DNA of 4,294 nucleotides from Escherichia coli (GTDB lineage Bacteria; Pseudomonadota; Gammaproteobacteria; Enterobacterales; Enterobacteriaceae): NCBI RefSeq assembly GCF_003334385.1, contig NZ_QOWN01000084.1; one strand, 5' to 3'. Shown piece by piece: positions 1 to 4,294 of this stretch (position 1 is its first letter; each line of letters starts with the position of its first letter). The notes under the pieces were generated by a model. It saw only the letters and a program-made list of their open reading frames with translations, ran no database searches and was not told where the DNA came from. The position numbers and the translations under genes were made by a program.

Positions 1-21
1 GAGGAGCAGTTATTTAGTATT
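1..21. repeat. Left copy of a 21-bp inverted repeat shared by the two window termini
   Basis: Nt 1-21 (GAGGAGCAGTTATTTAGTATT) match the reverse complement of nt 4274-4294 (TAGGATCAGTTATTTAGTATT) at 19 of 21 positions. A further 12-nt match (ATTAAGACTATC, 64-75) corresponds to the reverse complement of 4265-4276, so the left end looks like an inverted partial copy of the IS-proximal sequence interrupted by about 45 bp. Confidence 0.5.
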
Positions 22-108
22 TTTGTCGTTGATTTTCATTCTCAAGCTGCTATAGACGATGCAATTAAGACTATCCAGCACAGAAAGGATTTATCTTCTA
101 ACTGTTAA
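1..108 (+). CDS. Possible 3' end of an upstream gene (partial; enters the window in frame 1, stop TAA at 106-108); product unknown
   Basis: Frame 1 is open from nt 1 for 35 codons (EEQLFSIFVVDFHSQAAIDDAIKTIQHRKDLSSNC*), while the other two + frames hit stops within 60 nt. In AT-rich DNA this is only weakly significant. The C-terminus does not look like a pilin (no terminal aromatic beta-strand motif). The region also overlaps the inverted-repeat segment described below, so it may be non-coding. Confidence 0.2.
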   Translation, partial: EEQLFSIFVVDFHSQAAIDDAIKTIQHRKDLSSNC

Positions 109-128
109 AACTATATCGAATGATTGTG

Positions 129-156
129 TTGTGTATTTTTTTTTAGGAATGATAAT
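129..156 (+). promoter_or_regulatory. Candidate sigma70-type promoter for the chaperone-usher operon (-35 TTGTGT 129-134, 16-bp spacer containing a T9 run, -10 GATAAT 151-156)
   Basis: Hexamers resembling TTGACA and TATAAT at appropriate spacing, about 30 nt upstream of the chaperone start. AT-rich DNA yields many such matches, so this is a weak call from sequence alone. Confidence 0.25.
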
Positions 157-174
157 TGCAAAAAGATTTTGTAA

Positions 175-180
175 AAGGAG
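175..180 (+). promoter_or_regulatory. Shine-Dalgarno sequence (AAGGAG) for the chaperone gene
   Basis: AAGGAG at 175-180, 6 nt upstream of ATG 187 (a second in-frame ATG follows at 190). Confidence 0.6.
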
Positions 181-186
181 TGAATT

Positions 187-930
187 ATGATGTGTAAGAG
201 CGTGTCTTTATGTTTTTTATTGATATTTGGCATTGTGTTGAATGTTTATGCTAATTCTGAGTTTACAAAAAATAATAGTGTGTCATTGTCTTCGACTAGA
301 GCTGTTTTTAAATCTGGGAATACTAGCGAAGGATTAGGTGTTAAAAATAACTCAAAAGAGTCAGTTTATTTAATTAGAAGTTGGATTACTGATTATCACA
401 CTAATAAAGTGGATGATTCTAAGTTTCTGATAACACCACCTCTTCTAAAAATAAAACCCGACTCAACATATCAGTTAAAAATAAATAAAATATCAAACGA
501 TATGCCGACTGACAGAGAGTCTATATATAAAATAAATGTAATGGCCATCCCTGTTAATGGAGGGCAAAATGGACCTTCATCTAGTGAAATTTCTGGGGGG
601 GTATCACTTTCCGTTACGCACACTATAAAAATGTTCTATCGACCTGAGTCTATAGATAATAAAACAAATATGAATTCAATAGATGATTTCATATCAGCTA
701 ATTACGAGGAGGGTATCTTAAATATTGAAAACAAATCACCATTTTTTGTTACATTTGCAAATTTAATAACTGACAAAGAAAGTTTATATGCTCATTTAGC
801 TAAAGAAGGAATGGTGTCTCCATTTGGGAACATCCAAATCAGAACAAAGACAAAACCCAGGACTCTTACTTACCAAAGAATTAACGATTTCGGTGGCGTA
901 ACATTGGAGAAAATTATTGATGTTAAGTAA
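187..930 (+). CDS. Periplasmic pilus assembly chaperone, PapD/FimC family (short F1-G1 loop, FGS-like)
   Basis: 247-aa ORF with an N-terminal signal peptide (MMCKSVSLCFLLIFGIVLNVYA). It shows hallmark chaperone motifs in the conserved order: STRAVF...LGVKNNSKESVYLIRSWI (compare the canonical TRVIY...L.V.N......YLIQSW), FLITPPLLKIKP (compare F.VTPPLFRL), DRESIYKINVMAIP (compare DRESLFW.NVK.IP) and KMFYRP (compare KL.YRP). The F1-G1 region is short, as in FGS rather than FGL chaperones. The family assignment comes from recalled consensus motifs, not a search. Confidence 0.93.
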   Translation: MMCKSVSLCFLLIFGIVLNVYANSEFTKNNSVSLSSTRAVFKSGNTSEGLGVKNNSKESVYLIRSWITDYHTNKVDDSKFLITPPLLKIKPDSTYQLKINKISNDMPTDRESIYKINVMAIPVNGGQNGPSSSEISGGVSLSVTHTIKMFYRPESIDNKTNMNSIDDFISANYEEGILNIENKSPFFVTFANLITDKESLYAHLAKEGMVSPFGNIQIRTKTKPRTLTYQRINDFGGVTLEKIIDVK

Positions 931-3358
931 CAAATGGCGTGACATAAAGTTCATTCTTGCATCTTTAATGTCAATTTCGATTTGTAAGGCGTCTGAATTA
1001 GATCGATTTAACCCTGATTTCTTAAGAGTATCTGATGGCGTAAATGCTAAAGAAATTGATTTAACGTACTTTGAAAAAAATGATGGACTTCCTCCAGGAA
1101 ATTATCAGGTGTGGATATACATTAATGGGGAAAAAGTTGGTAATAAAAGTCTAAACTTTAGAAGAAATAAAGACCAAAAAGGTATTCATGCCTGTTTTAA
1201 CAAAGGGGATTTAAGATCGTGGGGAGTAATTAATTCGATATCAGAAGAAACTGTCTGTGAAATAGGATTAACATCCGTTATTGATAATTCTTACGAGCTT
1301 TTCAATGAAAAAAAAATGGAGTTACATCTTTACTTTCCTAATTCTATGCTTGAGCGTCGAAAATGGAGGAGTTTACCTGTAACATGGAATCAAGGCATTC
1401 CCGCTTTTCTGTTAAATTATAATTACACAGGAATTTCTCAGAGATTAAACAAGAAAAATGAAGATAATTATTTTCTGAGAGTTGATAGTTCATTAAATAT
1501 CAATCGCTGGAGATTAAGAACTGAAACTTCAATGATGAAAAATAATAAAAATAGTGGGAATGAGAATGTTTATCTCGAAAGGGATTATGAGCAATACCAA
1601 GGTGGACGTATTGTTATTGGAAACTCATATATAAATAGTGAGCTTTTTGATAACTTTCCATTCAAGGGAGTTAAGTTCTCATCTGATGATTCAATGCTTG
1701 ATTCTTCATTTTCGGAATTCACCCCGAGTATTAGAGGTATTGCACATAGCCCATCAATAGTTACTGTTAAACAAAACGGAAATATTGTTCTTCAAAAGGA
1801 AGTTCCTGCTGGAGTATTCGAAATTGATGATATCCCTTATAATTTTGGTGGGGACTATATTATTGAGGTTAATGGTTCTGATGGGGTAAAAAATACATTT
1901 ACACAAGCTAATGCATCTCTACCTTTTCTGCAAAAAGAAGGGCGTACAAATCATTATTTAGCATTAGGTAAGTTAAGACATCAATATGGTACAGATACCT
2001 ATGAACCGAATTTTATTCTATATCATATCGCAAAAGGTTTAAGGTTTGGAAATACATTACATCATGGTGGAATTATTTCTAATGAATATAAATCAATTTT
2101 GTTTGGTGGAGGAACCTATCATCCATACTTAGGTGCTTTTTCAGTTGATTATACTTTCTCTGAAAGAGAAGATAGAAAATATGAAGGGCGAGGGCGAGGT
2201 GATAAGTTTGAATTTTCTTATTCAAGGAATATAGATTTAACAAGTGCAAATTTATCTATGCATATGAACATTTTCGATAAAGATTACCTTAACTTTCAGG
2301 AGCATGCGTATTCTTTCAATGGAAATGCAAATACATATGAAAAAACGAAACGAAACTTCGGGGTGCGCTTAACGCAACCTATTGATTATTACGCAAATTT
2401 TTCGCTGCAGTTTGATAAATATTCATATTATAAAAACAGAGATGATAGTTACAGTTTCTTAACATCAATAAGTACTAACTTCAAAAAAATAAGTAGTTCA
2501 TTATCACTTGGATATAATAAGTTTTTGGGAGTTAAAGATGCAGATAAAACAATAAACTTTATGATTTCATTACCTTTATGGAATGGCATAAGTTCAAATA
2601 ATTTCATATCTTCCTCTTCCGAGGGCGCAAGAATCCAGTCTGGTGTATCAGGATTTTTAGAAGAACAACAGTTATCATGGGGGGTGTCGCATGAATCTAA
2701 TAAATCAGTTGCAACTACAAATTCAAGTGTTAATTGGAAGACATCGTTTTCACAGATAAACGGAGCATATTCGGTTAATAATGACATGAACCGTCTATTT
2801 ATGGGGATTAGAGGTGGGGTGGCCATACATGATAAGGGGATAACATTTTCTCAACCTCTGTCTTTTGAGGGGGGCAATGCTTTAGTAGATGCAAATGGAA
2901 TTAGTGATATTGTCATTAACAATAATAGGGTTCATACGGATTATTTTGGTAATGCTATTGTAACAGATTTATCTCCATACCAAAAAAATAACATTTCAGT
3001 TAATTTGTCAGCTACTTCAGATGCTATCGATATAACTAATACTGATACATATGTAGTTCCATCCCACGGGGCTCTAACTTATGTCGAACTAAATGCGGTT
3101 AAAGGAAATAGGGTGCTATTTAAGTTAAATAACAAGTCTCAAAAAATACCATTGGGAGCGATGGCTACAATAACTGGCCGTGGATTTAAGAAAACAGAAT
3201 TTATTGGTTATGATGAGAAACTATATATGAACGGTGTTCCTGAAAAAGGGGTGGTTGTCGTAAAATGGAGTGTTGGGGGGGAGGATTATGCTTGCACATC
3301 AAAATACAGCATAAGGAATAAAAAAAGCCTAAATATTCTTTCATTGATGTGCAATTAA
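920..3358 (+). CDS. Outer-membrane fimbrial usher protein (PapC/FimD family)
   Basis: An approximately 812-aa ORF immediately following the chaperone, the typical size for an usher. The N-terminus has a signal peptide followed by the usher N-terminal-domain motif FNPDFL and PGNYQVWIYINGEKVG (compare the canonical PG.Y.VD.Y.N). The extreme C-terminus carries the cysteine pair typical of usher C-terminal domains (DYACTS...SLMCN). The ORF track starts at TTG 917; I place the start at ATG 920, which has a GGAGA element about 10 nt upstream. The start overlaps the chaperone stop (928-930) by 11 nt, consistent with translational coupling. Confidence 0.93.
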   Translation: MLSNKWRDIKFILASLMSISICKASELDRFNPDFLRVSDGVNAKEIDLTYFEKNDGLPPGNYQVWIYINGEKVGNKSLNFRRNKDQKGIHACFNKGDLRSWGVINSISEETVCEIGLTSVIDNSYELFNEKKMELHLYFPNSMLERRKWRSLPVTWNQGIPAFLLNYNYTGISQRLNKKNEDNYFLRVDSSLNINRWRLRTETSMMKNNKNSGNENVYLERDYEQYQGGRIVIGNSYINSELFDNFPFKGVKFSSDDSMLDSSFSEFTPSIRGIAHSPSIVTVKQNGNIVLQKEVPAGVFEIDDIPYNFGGDYIIEVNGSDGVKNTFTQANASLPFLQKEGRTNHYLALGKLRHQYGTDTYEPNFILYHIAKGLRFGNTLHHGGIISNEYKSILFGGGTYHPYLGAFSVDYTFSEREDRKYEGRGRGDKFEFSYSRNIDLTSANLSMHMNIFDKDYLNFQEHAYSFNGNANTYEKTKRNFGVRLTQPIDYYANFSLQFDKYSYYKNRDDSYSFLTSISTNFKKISSSLSLGYNKFLGVKDADKTINFMISLPLWNGISSNNFISSSSEGARIQSGVSGFLEEQQLSWGVSHESNKSVATTNSSVNWKTSFSQINGAYSVNNDMNRLFMGIRGGVAIHDKGITFSQPLSFEGGNALVDANGISDIVINNNRVHTDYFGNAIVTDLSPYQKNNISVNLSATSDAIDITNTDTYVVPSHGALTYVELNAVKGNRVLFKLNNKSQKIPLGAMATITGRGFKKTEFIGYDEKLYMNGVPEKGVVVVKWSVGGEDYACTSKYSIRNKKSLNILSLMCN

Positions 3359-3444
3359 AATCAGATGGAGGTTTATGATGGAATGTCATTTTTATATTGC
3401 TTTTACGCCATGATCTTCTTTGTATATTTCTAATTATCTTTTTC

Positions 3445-3476
3445 TGTTGTTTTTTTATCTCTGCTTGTTGTTTTTT
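3445..3476 (+). repeat. Two copies of an 11-bp direct repeat (TGTTGTTTTTT) in the usher-pilin intergenic region
   Basis: TGTTGTTTTTT occurs at 3445-3455 and 3466-3476, spaced 21 bp (about two helical turns), inside a pyrimidine-rich tract upstream of the pilin gene. It could be a regulator-binding or promoter element, or simply T-rich low-complexity sequence. Confidence 0.3.
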
Positions 3477-3544
3477 GAGTGTATTGTAGAGATCGTTAAC
3501 TCGATGTGAGTTTCCAAATATTAATCTCTATAGGGTATTGCATA

Positions 3545-4105
3545 ATGTTTAAATTGAATAAGATTTATTGCGCCGTTCTCCTGACTGGCTTATTAAGTAC
3601 TTCAGTTTCCGCTGCTGATATTAGTGGTGCTACTCAAGATAAGTTTATCCTCCAAGGGACGGTAACCCAACCAACTTGTACTGTTTCACTGGATAATAAA
3701 GATATCGATTTTGGTAATTTTAATGCACAGGAAATTAATGAAAAATCTCCAGGTAGTCTATTAAAACAAAATATGGTTCATTTCACACTATCTAATTGCC
3801 CGGCAGGTCAGGCTAAAATTCTTCTGAATGGATGGTCAGGTACGACGACTACCAACCCTACTTATGTAAACTTCTCAGGAAATATGAATGCACTTGCGAT
3901 ACGCGTAGCTAATGGACAAACGAAAAGAGCAATGAATCTCAATGGTCAGGATGGCGCAAACCATGTGATTAATATCACAAATACTACTTCACAAGATTTT
4001 CCGTTGTATTTCTCACTTATTAAGTCTCCGGGTGCCAATGCCAAACAGGTAGTCAACGGAAACTCGTTTAAGGCGACTCTTAACTACAATATCGTCTATC
4101 CATAA
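3545..4105 (+). CDS. Fimbrial subunit (FimA-like pilin; major or minor subunit undetermined)
   Basis: 186-aa product starting at ATG 3545 with a classical signal peptide (MFKLNKIYCAVLLTGLLSTSVSA, predicted cleavage before ADISG). The mature protein has the pilin disulfide pair (PTCTV ... SNCPAG), a G.V...TC.V motif near the N-terminus as in type 1/P pilins, and a C-terminal beta-strand with alternating hydrophobic residues and a penultimate Tyr (ATLNYNIVYP), the motif recognised by CU chaperones. The weak AGGG ribosome-binding site lies 9 nt upstream. The ORF track's GTG at 3506 would add an uncharged hydrophobic extension and is less likely. Confidence 0.85.
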   Translation: MFKLNKIYCAVLLTGLLSTSVSAADISGATQDKFILQGTVTQPTCTVSLDNKDIDFGNFNAQEINEKSPGSLLKQNMVHFTLSNCPAGQAKILLNGWSGTTTTNPTYVNFSGNMNALAIRVANGQTKRAMNLNGQDGANHVINITNTTSQDFPLYFSLIKSPGANAKQVVNGNSFKATLNYNIVYP

Positions 4106-4121
4106 ATATAAAGTTATATTT

Positions 4122-4146
4122 AAATAGGGACTTTGTCCCTATTTTT
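4122..4146 (+). terminator. Rho-independent terminator downstream of the pilin gene
   Basis: Perfect 10-bp inverted repeat AAATAGGGAC (4122-4131) / GTCCCTATTT (4135-4144) with a 3-nt loop, running into a T tract (TTTTT at 4142-4146), 17 nt after the pilin stop codon. Confidence 0.65.
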
Positions 4147-4216
4147 CATACTTAGATTTTTGTTACTGCCGTCAGTTTTTGAGTTTTAAGACATACCGTC
4201 TGTAAGTATAATTTTG

Positions 4217-4294
4217 TAGACTGGCCCCCTGAATCTCCAGACAACCAATATCACCTAAATAAGTGATAGTCTTAATACTAAATAACTGATCCTA
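4217..4294 (+). mobile_element. Left terminal region of an IS2-like insertion sequence (IS3 family), truncated by the window edge
   Basis: TAGACTGGCCCCCTGAATCTCCAGACAACCAATATCACCTAAATAAGTGATAGTCTTAATACTA matches, from memory, the left terminal inverted repeat and adjacent sequence of E. coli IS2 (TAGACTGGCCCCCTGAATCTCCAGACAACCAATATCAC...) with very few differences over about 60 bp. The last 15-17 nt of the window diverge from what I recall of canonical IS2. The transposase genes would lie beyond the window. Confidence 0.6.
4274..4294. repeat. Right copy of the 21-bp inverted repeat (lies inside the IS2-like terminal region)
   Basis: Reverse complement of 4274-4294 equals nt 1-21 at 19 of 21 positions, by direct comparison of the sequence. 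Confidence 0.5.

Noticed and set aside
917-919. TTG at 917 as the usher start
   Set aside because: ATG at 920 is immediately adjacent and in frame, and a GGAGA element sits about 10 nt upstream of it. A TTG start cannot be excluded, but it changes the product by only one residue.
2181-2213. RGD tripeptide (EGRGRGDKF) and a short GGGCGAG direct repeat within the usher
   Set aside because: Short motifs like RGD occur by chance. The usher is an outer-membrane assembly platform, not an adhesin, so there is no basis for an integrin-binding role.
2449-2826. 125-aa ORF on the minus strand
   Set aside because: It lies entirely antisense within the usher gene, whose + strand reading frame is strongly supported by usher motifs and length. 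It has no recognisable ribosome-binding site or protein-family features, so it is most likely a spurious antisense ORF.
3201-3389. 62-aa ORF on the minus strand overlapping the 3' end of the usher
   Set aside because: It is antisense to the conserved usher C-terminus, has a Pro/His-rich low-complexity product and no Shine-Dalgarno sequence, so it is likely spurious.
3506-3544. GTG start at 3506 for the pilin gene, as given in the ORF track
   Set aside because: It would add an uncharged hydrophobic 13-residue extension ahead of a perfectly formed signal peptide that begins at ATG 3545 (MFKLNK...SVSA). The ATG at 3545 is the more plausible start.
3545-4105. Apparent higher GC content of the pilin gene than the chaperone and usher, suggesting a mosaic origin
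   Set aside because: Hand counts of 60-nt samples gave overlapping values, roughly 28-43% in the pilin and 22-40% in the usher. The difference is not robust without a proper sliding-window computation.
187-4105. Assignment to a specific named operon (for example E. coli yhcA/yhcD-like, Afa/AAF, or ETEC CS loci)
   Set aside because: Gene order and AT-richness are suggestive of several candidates, but I cannot recall sequences precisely enough to confirm identity. Gene symbols are left blank.
1-4294. Search for CRISPR arrays, tRNA or rRNA genes, and toxin-antitoxin pairs
   Set aside because: There are no regularly spaced direct repeats with spacers, no cloverleaf-like or rRNA-like segments, and no small paired ORFs. 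Nearly all the sequence is accounted for by the three CU genes and their intergenic regions.

Overview
This window is an AT-rich chaperone-usher (CU) fimbrial gene cluster on the + strand. It holds a PapD/FimC-type periplasmic chaperone (187-930), an outer-membrane usher (920-3358) that overlaps the chaperone by 11 nt, a 186-bp T-rich intergenic region, and a single FimA-like pilin gene (3545-4105) followed by a clean intrinsic terminator hairpin (4122-4146). About 70 bp further on (4217 to the window edge) the sequence matches, from my memory, the left terminal inverted repeat of an IS2-like (IS3-family) insertion sequence. The first 21 nt and last 21 nt of the window are near-perfect inverted repeats of each other. 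The coding regions carry G7 and G6 homopolymer tracts that are unusual for such AT-rich DNA, and a T9 tract sits in the putative promoter spacer upstream of the chaperone. I see no rRNA, tRNA or CRISPR array. I do not see an unprecedented system: CU pili are a well-known class. What deserves follow-up is the minimal gene content (no two-domain adhesin and no major pilin upstream), the IS-associated context and the candidate phase-variation tracts. All gene calls rest on motif-level recognition in the supplied translations; no database search was possible.
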